Source: a virus
Taxonomy: Duplodnaviria > Caudoviricetes
DNA length: 62,504 bases
Virus record (IMG/VR): IMGVR_UViG_3300021437_000019
Span: 1 to 62,504 of that record
Direction: 5' to 3' (one strand)
Part shown: positions 23,751-36,700 of the stretch, piece after piece
How positions within the stretch are numbered: position 1 is the stretch's first letter
Layout: every line of letters begins with the position of its first letter
The notes under the pieces: model-generated
Database searches by the model: none
Told to the model about the DNA's origin: nothing
The model's input: only the letters and a program-made list of their open reading frames with translations
Translations under genes and position numbers: made by a program

Positions 23751-26700
23751 TTATCTGCCAACTGCGATACACGATAAAATATCGCTAGCTGCCCACGGTG
23801 CGGCTACCGCACTGGAATTGAAATTACCGATGGTCGCAGTCGTTGTTGTGGACGCTGTTTGGCGCGTTCTAAAAACCGTCGTAGAAAAAGTTGTTACATC
23901 CTCACAAAATACATTCCAGCCCGACGAAGCAGCGGTGGGGAACCCGATCACTCCGCTTGTGGCCGTCCCGCCCGTTCCGACGTTGATCGTAAAACTGATG
24001 GAATCGTTGGTAACGGGCAGACTAGGTGCTGTTCCAAACCCCGATGAAATTGTTGGTATTCCGCCGATGAATGCGGGGCTGCTCCCGCCGAACGATGCCG
24101 AAGTGGTTCCCAGGTTTAAGACACCCTGAAGGCTATTGCTCGCATTGCTCATCACTAGAGAACCTGAAAACGTTGCCGGGCCGCTTATGGTTCCGCTCAA
24201 CACTGGGGTGGTTAAAGTTGGGCTGGTCAGTGTCTTGTTCGTGAGCGTCTGCGTGGCGGCCAGAAGGGCTAACGTATCCGTTGCGTCAGGCACCGTTAAG
24301 GTGCGGTTCGCCGTGAACGTCCCGCTGATGGTGTTCTTGAACCCGCCACTAAGAACGATTGCGGACGCGTTGATGTTGCTCTGACTGAGGCCGGACGCCA
24401 GAGCCAGGGCCGCCGGTGGGGCGCCTGCCGTGAAACCAAACGTGTCCACCATATTGGTTCCCCAAGCGTTGGGGCCAGCGTTGACCGCGCCTTGTCCCCC
24501 ACCGGGATTGTGACGATACGCTTTGTAGGTTACGGAACCTGTTGGAGCGGCGGGTGGAGTAATCGTGACGGTTTGGTTGCCAGTAGTGGTGGTGACGGTT
24601 ACGTTAGAACTCAAATTGCTTTCGTTTCCGTTTGCGTCAAGCGCGGTCAGTTGGTAGAACCAAGTCCCGACCGGCACGGAGCCGCCAGCGGAAACGACCG
24701 CCGTTGGCGCGGCCGGCGTGCTCATCTGATAGCCGATGGAGCCCAACGTCCCGTTTACCTGCACCGAATTGTTCGAGAAAAATCCAGTACTTAGATTAAC
24801 AACATTTGTGTTCTGTCCTACCGGCCCGCCAGTACTTGTGAAAATCGCCGCTCCCGCCGGACTGCCGGTGATATAAGGCAGGGCGCTCGATGGAGCGCCG
24901 GTGTTGACAAAGAGCGCGCTGGCATTTGAACCGCTCCCTGCTACGGGCAGGTTCGCATACATCGCGTGCGCCATCGTGTCCAACTCATAGTTCTGGAAGG
25001 AATAGAAGCCGCCAATCGTGCCCGCTATGGATGGAATAGCTGTAAACAACGGCATGATCCCACCCTGGATTCTTCCTCCCTTGAGATGGAAGTCTGCGTT
25101 GCTAGATGACGGGGTATAGGCAATCGACCTGCCGCTCATGCTGATGTTATCAAGCAGCGTCTCGCCGCAGAATGAACAAAGGAAGAACGGCGTGGCCGTG
25201 GCTCCCAACGGCGTAACCTGCGGGCTTACGAACGTAATGTTCGTCAGCTTATTGGGGAAGGCTGTGTTGGTGTTCGAGCCGCGCAGCGTCAACCCCACAC
25301 CCGTCTGGTCGGCGTTGGTCGTCCCGCCGAAGAAGTTCACGTTGTCCAGAACGTTGAAATCGCCTTCCAGAAACATCAGGCTGTAGGCGTTGGTCTGGTT
25401 GGTGGTAAACCCTACATTATGGAAGCTGGGAGATGTGGCAGACGTAAACGGCTGATAGATGCCCGGATTCGCCCGGCCAACCGTAATTGCATTCTGCGCT
25501 TCCCATGCGAACGACGGCGCGCCTGCCTGTTGCGGGGTTAGGTTGCCGAACCAACGTTCGTTGCTTCCAGGCTCTACCGTATCGTTCAAGAGCAATGAGC
25601 CAGCCACGTTGACGCCAATAAAACCGCCGAGCGTCAAATAGGAATTCACGACAAACGCTGTCGAAGCAACGGGAATATATAACGTCCCAAAAGTTGTCAA
25701 TCGCGCGGCATTGTGAGCAGCCAAGATGGTGGGGGCGTTGTCGAACAGAATCGTTGCAGCAGCCAGCGTCGCCCCCGCCGTATTCGCCAGCGTCAGCGTC
25801 GTGGTGCCCGCGCCAGATACAATCGTGGTCGAAAGCGAGTTGTTCGTGGCCGCTACTGGCGGCGTCGTAGGCACGAAGTAAGGAGCAAGAAAGCCATCCA
25901 TCATCGGGGAGCCGAAGTCATCCCACGAAAGAGCCGTTGAACCGTTGTCCGGGCTGCTCACGCCCAGCAACGTCAAGGCCCCGCCGGTGCGCCCATAGAT
26001 GTAGTACTTAATCGCTCCTGCAACGCTTGTCCACGTCAGATGGTTGCAGTTGAACCAGTGTGCGTTGCCGCCTGTTACGCCCGCGCCAGTAGGGGCACCC
26101 GAAGCGGTATCCAGCGGCTGAGAGTAGGTGTAGTGGGTCGTGTCCGCAACCGTGACAACCTGAAACCATCCCCCGAAGTTCGTCGTGTCGCTGCTGCCCT
26201 CCTGGTAGACCATCGAACCTACTGAGAGCCCGTGCGCCGCCGTAGTGGTGACGGTCACGGTGGTGCCTGAGCGGGAGTACGAGGTAATAGCGACCTGCTG
26301 TGGGCCGAGCGAAGCCGACCCAATAGCGGTTGTGCCGACCGCGCTGGCCGCTGTCAGCCCACCTGCCTTATTTTGCGCGACGAGCTGGTAGTTATAGGTA
26401 GTCGTTCCGCCAGCCGGAGCCGCAACCGTGAAACCCGTGCCGGTCAGGGCTGCCGCCCGCGAGGGCGTTACCGTTGGCGCGCCCGGCGTGGTCATGGTGT
26501 GGGCCGCTCCTGCGCCAAACACAACCACGCCATCCCCATTCAGAAAGCACACGCTGCTGGTCTGTTGTGCGCAGGTTGCGGTTGAAACTGTCACCGTGGC
26601 CAAGCCAGAGGTCGTACTCGCCGTGATCCCTGGAACAGCGGGAATGTTGGCATTGGACAACAGTGACCGCGCCCCGTAGCGGCGGATGTCTACGTTCGGG

Positions 26701-27380
26701 TTCGGACCTTTGAAGCCCAAGTCCACGTCAAAATTTAACGGACTCGGCGTTGTCACCGGGCTGGTGAGCGGGGTGTTTGTCCCGCACGGACCACTGGCAG
26801 TTGTCAACAGGCCGCCAGTAGATGCTTGGACGCAATTCCCAGCAGTGAGAGTCGAACCCGTGATCGCGGGGCTTGTAACCCCTCCGCTTAATGTGAGTGG
26901 TCCGGGAATGGGGCTGTTCCCCCCATCCTTTCGGATATAGGTGTTGTCTCCTGTCGGCGCAGGAACGGTCGGAACCGTGCTGTTCGGGGTTGCGGTATTC
27001 AAATTGAACAGGCTGCCATTGATCGTGTACGGTTGGCATCGGAACTGCTGGCCCCAATAGAAAATGCAGACTTGATACCACGTGCCACCGGGAAGCGAGG
27101 CACCACCGATCGTGATCGTGTCGTTCCCCTGGACCGTGCCGGAAATGTTCCCGCTGGCGTCGGGCTTGAAGTCCTTGTATGGGACAGCAATGACATTCGT
27201 CGAGGTCACCCGCGGGATGTTGCCGCCGAAGCCGGTGAGCGTGAATCGGACGTAAGTGTTTGAAGCCGTCACGTTCGCAACTCCGGCATCTTTTAGGTTC
27301 CCGCTGACGGTCACTTGAGCACGCAGCCCGAGTGGGGCCAATAGACACACCAGCGCGAGTAGAAGAAAACACCTCTTCAT
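23751..27380 (-). CDS. Tail fibre / tailspike-like protein with signal peptide
   Basis: MKRCFLLLALVCLLAPLGLRA|Q; Thr/Gly-rich; DIRRYGA and beta-helix-like region; TQTLTNKTLTSP. Confidence 0.8.
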   Translation of the reverse strand: MKRCFLLLALVCLLAPLGLRAQVTVSGNLKDAGVANVTASNTYVRFTLTGFGGNIPRVTSTNVIAVPYKDFKPDASGNISGTVQGNDTITIGGASLPGGTWYQVCIFYWGQQFRCQPYTINGSLFNLNTATPNSTVPTVPAPTGDNTYIRKDGGNSPIPGPLTLSGGVTSPAITGSTLTAGNCVQASTGGLLTTASGPCGTNTPLTSPVTTPSPLNFDVDLGFKGPNPNVDIRRYGARSLLSNANIPAVPGITASTTSGLATVTVSTATCAQQTSSVCFLNGDGVVVFGAGAAHTMTTPGAPTVTPSRAAALTGTGFTVAAPAGGTTTYNYQLVAQNKAGGLTAASAVGTTAIGSASLGPQQVAITSYSRSGTTVTVTTTAAHGLSVGSMVYQEGSSDTTNFGGWFQVVTVADTTHYTYSQPLDTASGAPTGAGVTGGNAHWFNCNHLTWTSVAGAIKYYIYGRTGGALTLLGVSSPDNGSTALSWDDFGSPMMDGFLAPYFVPTTPPVAATNNSLSTTIVSGAGTTTLTLANTAGATLAAATILFDNAPTILAAHNAARLTTFGTLYIPVASTAFVVNSYLTLGGFIGVNVAGSLLLNDTVEPGSNERWFGNLTPQQAGAPSFAWEAQNAITVGRANPGIYQPFTSATSPSFHNVGFTTNQTNAYSLMFLEGDFNVLDNVNFFGGTTNADQTGVGLTLRGSNTNTAFPNKLTNITFVSPQVTPLGATATPFFLCSFCGETLLDNISMSGRSIAYTPSSSNADFHLKGGRIQGGIMPLFTAIPSIAGTIGGFYSFQNYELDTMAHAMYANLPVAGSGSNASALFVNTGAPSSALPYITGSPAGAAIFTSTGGPVGQNTNVVNLSTGFFSNNSVQVNGTLGSIGYQMSTPAAPTAVVSAGGSVPVGTWFYQLTALDANGNESNLSSNVTVTTTTGNQTVTITPPAAPTGSVTYKAYRHNPGGGQGAVNAGPNAWGTNMVDTFGFTAGAPPAALALASGLSQSNINASAIVLSGGFKNTISGTFTANRTLTVPDATDTLALLAATQTLTNKTLTSPTLTTPVLSGTISGPATFSGSLVMSNASNSLQGVLNLGTTSASFGGSSPAFIGGIPTISSGFGTAPSLPVTNDSISFTINVGTGGTATSGVIGFPTAASSGWNVFCEDVTTFSTTVFRTRQTASTTTTATIGNFNSSAVAAPWAASDILSCIAVGR

Positions 27381-27390
27381 AAAACACCTC

Positions 27391-27403
27391 TCTAAAGTTT
27401 AGA
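27391..27403. promoter_or_regulatory. TCTAAA-N-TTTAGA palindrome copy
   Basis: TCTAAAGTTTAGA, perfect; immediately 5' of the GAGG SD of the fibre gene. Confidence 0.7.
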
Positions 27404-27465
27404 AGTTGACTTTCGCCGTTTGTTCGTCTTGAAATATCGCGAACTGCGGGCGCAGAATTGCCGTC

Positions 27466-27747
27466 ATGGCACTTACCAAACGGCTTGTCCACCTGCTAAT
27501 AATTTTGACCTGCTACTTTTACGTTCTTCCCGCGGGGTTTGCTTCACTACTTCTCTGGCTGCAGGCCGTCAACGTTGGCCACCAAGAAAGACTCTTCATC
27601 GTCCAAAATCTCCGCATGGCAGCGATTCTTTTACTTGTTGGCTGGCTAGCCTGGACTCTCTATGGCGTTGCGGTCATCGCCGCGCCTGGCGGTCGCCGCG
27701 GGATTGCGGCACTCCGCACCTTCTTCAGTCGTTCCGCTAAAATCTGA
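27466..27747 (+). CDS. Membrane protein antisense to the virion operon
   Basis: Two long hydrophobic segments; fills the gap between giant and fibre genes. Confidence 0.5.
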   Translation: MALTKRLVHLLIILTCYFYVLPAGFASLLLWLQAVNVGHQERLFIVQNLRMAAILLLVGWLAWTLYGVAVIAAPGGRRGIAALRTFFSRSAKI

Positions 27748-30700
27748 TCGCCGATCTGTGCTCTGGCATCCCGCTCGGCTTGGTGAATGGCGTCCTCTGA
27801 CGCCTGAATCTTGTCTTCGTCGCTCATCTGCTTGTATTCTGGTGCATTAAACGTCTGTCGCAGGTAAGATTGCAGGTACGCCCCGCGCAGTTTTTGATAG
27901 CGATCTTGCTCATCTATGGACAATGCCACCTTGTAACCTTCCACCACTAAATGTTTTCCGGCGAAGCCAACATTCTTCAGCCCTAGCTTGTTCAGGCGAT
28001 CAAGTTCTGCGTCAATGGCGCTTTTTGGTTCGTCTTTTGAAAACCCTCCGGGGAACAGGGCCGCGAAACCGCTTGAACCTTCCTTCGTGGAAGGGCGCCC
28101 AAGAGTATCGAGTTTCGGTGCAACCGTTTTGCTCAACACCGGGAGGCCTGCCGCGATTCGTTCATACATCGTTTGCGGATTACGCACCGTAGGATCAAGT
28201 GCATCCCCGAGCGTACGCAGTGCGGACTCCATGGGAACAAACCCGCCGAGCCAACTAGAAACAAGGCGCCCGGAAAAACGTTCGGGATCCTGCATTGCAT
28301 CAAGGCCGCCCTTGAGTCCCCGCAAGAAGGATTCATCGGCGAGCGCCCGCCCCATCGCACCGCCAAATGCTAGAATCTGGTCAGTGGCGGGCATATCATT
28401 TTTCTTTTCGTTTCGGTCATGCCATGCAGCTACCGCCGCCGCCGTCAACGCAAATGGGCCGGCCGCCTTGTACGATACCCACCGGTTTCCAATTTTTATC
28501 GAGTACGGTTGTTTTCCTGAACGGTAGAACTCATCACGTCCAGCGGGATCATTCGGTGCCGCCCCTGTGAGCATTTTCTTGGCAGCAAAGTACGCGAACA
28601 GGCCCACGATGGCAGTACCGATCAGTGCGCGGCTGATGGTCTTTGTCGCTTCCGGGGATTTCGCGTGTTCGAAGTCGTTCAAACGTGCAAAGCCAAAGGG
28701 TGAATATCGGAGGGAGTGCTTCGTCAGATTGTAAGGAATCTGGACAAAGGGGATCACGAACCGCAACGGGTGTAGTCCTCCAATGAGAGGAATTCCCTTT
28801 GGGAGCGCCACTTTGTCGCGCATACTCATCAGGATGCGCGAAAGAACATCCGGGCGTTCCGTGAATGTTTGAAATTCACCGGCCTTCATCGCCGCGTCAA
28901 TCATGTCTTCGGTCGGATGCTGGATCAACTCAGCCGCACGGTTCTTCAACCCTTCGCCCTTCAATCCTTCACTGGCCGCTTGTCTTACTGCTTGGGCGTG
29001 CATCTCTCCTTGAAAGGCGAGCACCTGAAAGAACTTCGTCGCGGCGGAAAGAGCGCGCCCAGGCACGTTGAGCGGGTTCTTGATACCTCCCGGGAATTCG
29101 TACCTGCGCGGCAACTCAAAGGTGAGTGGATCGCCGGTGTCAAACCCGTGCATGATGATGTACGAGGCCTTGCGAATGCCTTCTGGCAGTGCGGATAGAT
29201 AGGATAGCGGCGCAACCAGCGCCTCACGGAGAGTCGTCTCGCTCTTGCGGCCCTGAATTGCCGCCATGATCTTATCCACAGGGACATCAACAAAACGTCG
29301 CGCCGTTTCAACGATCCCGAGCGAAACATCCCCCAACACTTTTTTTATTGGCGTGCGCGGACTTGAAAGCACGTTCGCAATCCAGTAGGCTTCAATCTTC
29401 TGTGCCGTTGTCCAATGCTTCTGCGAACGCAGGAAGTTGTTCAGTGCCACGGAATCATCTTCTGGAATCTCAGCCAACCGCCGCGCGGCGTCTTCGCTCA
29501 ATTCCTTCCCGCCAAGGGCCTCGAGCACGCGCTCATGTGCCGTCTGGTCTTTGCCTTCGAGGGCTTTCGCTACCATCCGTTGCTGTGACAGCGCCCGACC
29601 TGCTTCTGCGACGGCACCGGAAACCGCTTTCTGGATACCATCATGACGCAAGAGAGCTTCCTGGAATGCCAGAACGTTATCAACGTTCCCATTGGTCCTA
29701 ACCTTCGCGGCCGCCTCGCGGACCTTCTGCGCACTGGCGATCAGCATGGATCGCGCCGCCTGCAACTCTTCGGCATTCAGGGCCGTCCCAGCCTTCATGC
29801 TTTTGAGGTCTTTTTCAGTGAACATCCCCTCTTCGACAAGCTTCTTCGCCATGTCACGCGTCTCGTTGAATGGGATACTCCCGCGGCGTTGCTCATTGAA
29901 CTCCGGAGCATTCTCTTTAGCCGCCCTGCGAATCTCGTTGAGTACATCCTCGGGCGCGTTCAGCTTGTCAAGGCGGATGTTGCCCGCGTGTTCCACCGGG
30001 CGCTTGTCAGGCGCGGTTCGGGGAACGCCAGACGATTCAACCCTTGCACCTACTGGAATAGGTTCTCCCGACGCAGGTACGCGTTTGCCGCGAAGTGCCC
30101 TGAATGCCCGATAAATCAGGTGCCCGAGTTCGATAAGTGGATTGAAGCCGAAACCGGCTTCGGGATTCTCCGGGTTGACGATGCGCCGGGGGATTTCGGA
30201 AAGCCCCTCCCCCTCTCCTGGTACGACATGGGAAGGCGCAATCTCTTTGAAATTATCGTCAAACTCCTGCCCCTCGCGGGCGCCGGCCATGGTCTTATCT
30301 TCTTTGTTCACGGCGAGGGCTTCGTTCAACTCCTTCTGCTTGGCAAGCAGTTTGTTGAGTTGCGCCTGCTTGTTAAATGGTTTTTCGAGTTCCGCCTTGC
30401 GCGCTTCCAGGTCGCGCCGCAAGGCTTTAATATCCTCTTCCCTGTTCGCGGCGTAGGTTTCCAGGTTCCCGATGTTCCGCTCTGCGCTCTGGATCGTGCC
30501 AATCGGACTTTCATGATTCACCGTGAATCCGTGCGAGGATTTCCCGTACAGGTAGGGGTTTCCACTTCCATCGGCCTCAATGTCGAATCCCTGGAAGGTT
30601 CCAACCTTCATCCGGCCACTGCCGCGGTTAGCCTCGACGGCAGCATTCAGTGCGGCACCGGCATCCTTCCGGTCGGTGTAGGTTTTCTTCCCAACCGTCA

Positions 30701-33700
30701 TCTGGAATTCTTCGCGCTTGTTTGCATCGCGCGTTTTTATGTCTTGCAGGATGGCGTCCCGTGACGCTTCAGTGCCAGAAATCCGCTCCGGGATCTGCGC
30801 GAGCCGAATCCGGTTCGTGATCGCCGACTGTTCGTGAATCTGTTTCAACTTCTGTAGGCGGTCCACATCGGCATCCGTTTGGACCTTTTCGAGCACGCGC
30901 TTGTCGCCGGTGGCAATCGCGGCCGCCTCGGCATAACTCAGCGTCGCACCGTCCACGTCTTCGAGTTCGCGCTGATCATAGCCGTGCTGCATCATCTCTT
31001 TGATAAAAGACGCCTTGCGCGCGATCGTGCTCCACATATAGGCGTCAAACGTGCCCTGAGTCACGTAGCGATAGATTTGCACGGTTGGGTTGGTATTTCC
31101 TTGCCGGATGATGCGGCCTTCCCGCTGTTCGATGTCTGACGGGCGCCACGGAGCATCTACGTGGTGAAGGGCCAAAAGGCGCTCCTGAATGTTCGTTCCA
31201 ACCCCCATCTTATCGCTCGAACCAATAATGACGGCCTTCTCGCCGGAGTTCACGGCATCGAATAGTGCCTGCTTGGCGGCGTCGCTTTTCGCGTCGTGGA
31301 TGAACGCAACCTGGTCGGCCGGCACGCCCATGCCAACCAGTTTGTTTTTCAGGTCCGCGTAGGCGTTGAACTGGCCGCGTTTCTTCCCGGCATCGCTCGG
31401 GGTCATCAAATCGAGCATGACGGCTTGGGCTCGCTTCGTGCTCCGCGTTTCATGGTAGATGTCGGCAACTTTCTTCGCCGCCGCGGCAATCTTGCTCTCG
31501 CCGTCGTCGTTTGCGCCCGGGACCATCGAGCGGTAGTCTAGCGCGACCTTCCGCCCCTCGCTCGTGATCTTGAGCATATTATCTTCGGTGGGATCGACTT
31601 CTTTCCTGCGGATGGCCTTGGCGCGCTCGCCGAGTGTCTGGATGTAGTCAAGTACCCGCTGGCTGGCGGGAACCTCGATTACCTTCGCCTTCCCGCCCTC
31701 GACGTCCGGCACCTTGACGATGCCCTCCAAGTCCTCCGGGTGAATCACATCGGCGGTCTGCCGGAACATGCGCTTGAGTTCCGGCACGTTCATAAACTTG
31801 GCGAAGCGGGTGCTCACGCGAAACTTTGTCGGATCCTCCGGCGAAACTTCCATGTTCTGTACGGTATTCCCGAAGGCGGCTGCCCAGGAATCGAAGTGCG
31901 ACAGGTTCCCGGCCTCAAGGCGCCCTTCATCGAGATACCGCATCATCGTGTAAATCTCGGCCATGGTGTTGCTGATCGGCGTGCCGGTTGCAAACGCCAC
32001 ATTCGCACCATTGTTCAGGTCGGAAATGTACTTCGTTTTCAAATACATATCGAACGCGCGCTGCGCGTCTGACTTCGGGATGCCATTGATATTCCCCATC
32101 TTCGTCGAGAAGAAGAGGTTCTTATACATATGCGCTTCGTCAACGTAAAGCGCGTCCACGCCGGTATCCTCAAAATTAATGGTGTTGTCTTTGCGTTCCC
32201 TGTTGGCCGCACGCTCCATTCGGACCTTGATGCGCTCTTTGGCCTTCTCCAACTCCTTCACCGTGCGCCGGTTACTCTGCCCGCGCTCGTCTTTCAGTTC
32301 TCGAATGTGATCTTCGAGCATGTCGAGTTGCTTCTGTGCGTAGCGCTGCAAGGTCTCGATGCTGACGGGAAGTAACCCAAAACTCGCGTGTGGAACAATT
32401 ACCGCATCCCAATCGCCAGTGGCAATGCGGCTCATAATCGTCTTGCGATTCTTTGCTTCAAAGTCCTCTTTTGAGGCCGCAAGAATGCGCGCCTGTGGGT
32501 AGAGTCGCAGGAAGTCCGCGCCCCATTGCTCGACCAGGTGGTTCGGAACGACGATCATGGGCTTCTTCGCCAGACCGAGGCGCCTCTTTTCCATGGCCGA
32601 GCCGATGATCGTGTACGTCTTGCCGGCACCGACAACGTGTGCCAGAAGGGTGTTGCCGCCCACAACGCTGCGCCAGATGGCATTCATCTGGTGCGGCCGC
32701 ATGGTGATGCCAGCAGATTTTCCGGGGAGTGTCAGGTGGGAGCCATCATAGTTTCGGTCAACGATGTTGTTCCGATTCTCGTTGTACCACTTCGTTAGTC
32801 GTTCGGCCCGGTCGGGGTCTTTGAACATCCACTTCGAGAACTCTTCCTCGATCTGTTCAAGTTTCTCGCGCGCGGCGAGGGTTTCTTTCTCATTGACGCT
32901 GCGCTTCCCGTCGGCAGCCTCATCATAAACCGTTGGGCGCTTGAGGTTTAACGCACCCTCGATGATCTCCAATGGGCGCATCCGCGCCGTGCCCCACTTC
33001 GTCTGTGCGGCCTCATTGTACCGGGCTTGCCCGTTTTCTAATTTCCAGATCGCTTCGCTCGCAATATGTCGGACGGTCGTGCGGTTGCCGTACCGCTGAT
33101 GACCCAAAATCGCTTCGTCGATGAAGTTCGCGATGTCTTCTTCGGGAATCCACGGCGTACCGAGTCGCACGCTGATCTCGCCGGGTTCTAGGTCTCGCGG
33201 CTGAACCTGCTTCAATGCCTCGACATTTTGCGTGAAGTCTTTGTCCAACTTCGCCGCTTCTTCCGCATCGCGCAGTTTCGCGCGCACGTCGCCAGAGAGG
33301 TATTCATCCTTCGTTTCCCAGTGTCCCTGCGGTGCCTGAAAAGCCAATCCCGCCGCGCGAAGTTCTGTCCTAATCTCGTCTTCTGGCCGCCCGGAAATCT
33401 TCGACATATAATCGAAGTCAATCTTCCCTTTCTCCGCGAGGGATGCCGGGAGCGCGTCCGCGACGTTGTCAACGCTCGTTACTTCCTTCCGCGGCGCGAT
33501 GGTCTGTTTGAAGAACACATCGGCCTTGCTAGCCGTGCGCTCTTTCGCGTTCCACTTCTCAAGCGCCAGAAGTAGCGGTGCGTCTGGATCTTCTGCGACG
33601 ATCCGGTAATTCTTTGGCTGGTTGAGGTAGCCGTGTTTCTTGACAAAAGCATCGTAGGCGCGGTTCAGGCGGCCGCGGATCGCCGTCAAGTCTTTCCCTG

Positions 33701-36700
33701 GCCTTCCATTCCCTTCGGCCTGGAATAGTTCGCGCGTGACATCGCGGATGCCAAGCATTTGTTTCAATGGCTCAACGTTCGCCTTTGGAAATTCCGCCCG
33801 ATGGACCATCTGCCCATCGCGGTTTTGGAAAACCCTGCCATCTTGGACCTTGTACCCCCACGGCTTCGTGTCACCCCAATCGGGGATGCTTTCGACGGTC
33901 GCGGCCCTGGTCACGGACGCCGGTGCTTCGTGCTCGCCCATGACTTGTTCGGGCAGCTTCTCGATCGCGCCCTTGAGCAATCCCGGCAGAGGCTCTTTTC
34001 CGGCCTTCAACTCATAGTTCTGCCCATGCCCATACATCGTCCCTTCGAGGGTATGTTCTCCGAGCGCCATCGACGGATGGTCGTGGAAATACTCATTTAC
34101 TTGGGCTTCGCCGCCAGGAAGTTCCATTTCTTTGGTGGCGACGAAGTTCTGGCCGCCGGGCTTTTCGCCCGTGCCGCGCTTGCGGAAGAACAGCATATCT
34201 GTCGTGACTTCGGTTCCAGCGTTCTTTTGGAACGCGCCACCGGGCAGGCGAATCGCGCCAATCAGGTCTGCGTGGTCAAGGAAGGCTTGCCGTGCGCGGT
34301 TGTCGTAAGCATCGAGGGAGTGGTGCGAAGTAATGATCGCCGCGAGGCCGCCCGGGCGCACCTTGTCAAGCATCCGAGCGATGAAATAGTTGTGAATGCT
34401 CTCGGTGAGATACTTCTTGCCTTTATAGGTAGGATCGTTGACAGGGTAGTTGCCGAATGGGACGTTCGAGATTGCAAGGTCGTAGAAGTCGTTCAGGCCC
34501 TTGAGTTCTTGGAAACGCTGAATGCGTACATCGGCATTCTGATAAAGTTGGCGAAGAATCTTGCCGGAAGTCTGGTCAAGTTCAATCGCGGTTTTCTTCG
34601 ATCCCGCGAAGATGTCGTCGGGCATTAAGCCGAGGAAATGGCCGATACCAGCCGAGGGTTCCAAGATGCGACCAGCCCTGAACCCAAGGCGGCTGACTGC
34701 ATCCCACATGGCGGTAACAACTTCAGGGGAAGTGTAGTGCGCGTTCGTGGTGGAACGTACTGCGGAGTCGTATTCTTCTTCTGTGAGGAGTTTCTTCAGT
34801 TCGGCGCGTTCATTGCGCCACTTGTCGTGGTTCTTGTTGAGGAGGTTCCCTGTCCACCCCCAACCACTGTAACGGACTAATTTGGCTTGTTCGTCGGGTG
34901 TGGCGTTGCGCCCGGAGGCTTCAAGTTCCTTGAGAACGCGGATGGCGGCGACGTTGAGTCGGTACTTTTCTTGAATGGAGCCTTCGCCAATGTGGTCGGT
35001 TTCGGTGATCCGGTAGTCGTTACCAGACTGGCCGGATCTGGACTGGACGGCTGGCTCTCCCCCAGGTGCGGCTGGTCCTCCTCGCTCGGCAACAGGTAAT
35101 GGTTCAACTTCGCCTCCCTCTGTGCCTCGAACGGGTGTATTCCGTTCTGGATGCTGCGCGCCGACTCCTCGACCGCTCGGTTCGCCGCGTTCTGCGCCCA
35201 ATCGTCCAGCTTGCCGGCTTGCGACAACTGGCTCGCCATTTTCGGCCGGTACTTTTCGAGGTGCTTCTTCGCCTCGACCGCCCATGGACTCAATTGCTTG
35301 GACATTGGCAGGCTCCTTCTCTGGCTGGATTGTGCGCTCCGGTTCTTCGTTTGTCAAGTGACTCAAGGGCACGAATTCGATACGGCCAATAGGCACCACG
35401 CCAGAACGGCCGGGGATACGCATGACGGCTTGCTGATCGACATCGACAATGGCCTCGCCGCGGCCCGCGTCCACTGACTGAATCTTCCCGGTGAGTTTCT
35501 GCCCCTTGGAATTGGTATAGCTTACGCGGTCGCCCTTTCTAAACTTTACACTTTCAGACGCGGCACCTTCGGCGGTCCGGGCAACCTCGGCAGGCTTGGT
35601 GGATGTATTTGCGGGGGCCGTGGCAACTTCGGCAACCCGATTTTCGGCAGGCTTGGCTTTGACGGCTTCGGACTTTTCGGCTGCTTCGGCAGTAGGCTTT
35701 TCGCCCTTTGCAAGAACTGGTTTACCTGCTGCGGACTCGCGTACTGGTTCTGCATTGACAGCCTCCATCTTGTCCATCAGCGCATGGCCCTCTGTCAGTT
35801 CGGCCACTGGAATCTGATCACCGGCCACCGCGCGCGCCTCAATGGATGCAACTTTTTGCTCAAGTTCGTGTTGGTCCATCGCCCGAAGAATTTCATCGGA
35901 TGAGGTCGATTCCGTTCCAATCTCCCCAAGATCATGTACACCAACGGCGGGGTGCACTTCCTCTGCGGCCTTGGACGCCGGCTGCCCCTTGGTCGGGAGT
36001 GCCTTCGCGCCTTCGTTAAGCGTGGTTTCGGTGCCATTGGCCTGCCTGGACACAATCCGATCATACGGGCCAGCCTTGGCGTCCACCGCTTCCGGGCCGA
36101 TGAGCGGCGTTTCCTTGCCCGTGCGCGTGTCGATCCTCACCCGCTGGACACCACTCGCTTTTTCATTGCGTGTGCGGCTGATTGCTTCAAGGCTTGCACC
36201 AGACTCCGCGCTGGCATTCGGAAGTCCCTGTACTGGCCGTGTCTCCGCAGACAACGGCGTTTCCGTGGCGGAAGTTTCCGGCTTGGGGATAGAGGCTTGC
36301 CGTCCCGCGACGACGTTCTCGGGCGTCTCTATGCCGATTTGCGCGCCGGGGAACTGGTCGGCAAGTTTCTGTGCTTGCGCCTGAACCGCTTCGGGCTTGC
36401 TGGTATCGACTACTGAGGCTTTCTGTTCTGTGCCCCTCGCGTCGCGGGCGACTACTGCGGCGGGTTGGCCTTGCGCGGCTGCCTCTTTCGTTTGGACATT
36501 GCCAAGGAGTTCACCGTACGTGCCATTCTTGACCGCCTTTCGAATGTCCGCTGGCGTCACACTGTCGTCGTGGTAGTACGTTCCCGCGCCTGGCTTGTCG
36601 CCCTTTACAATGGTCACATTGGCATCTTCCGGGGGTGCGGGGATCGTCTGCGTGCCCTTCGGGAAGTACACAACCTTGTTCGTACCCTTCGCCAGCGCAT

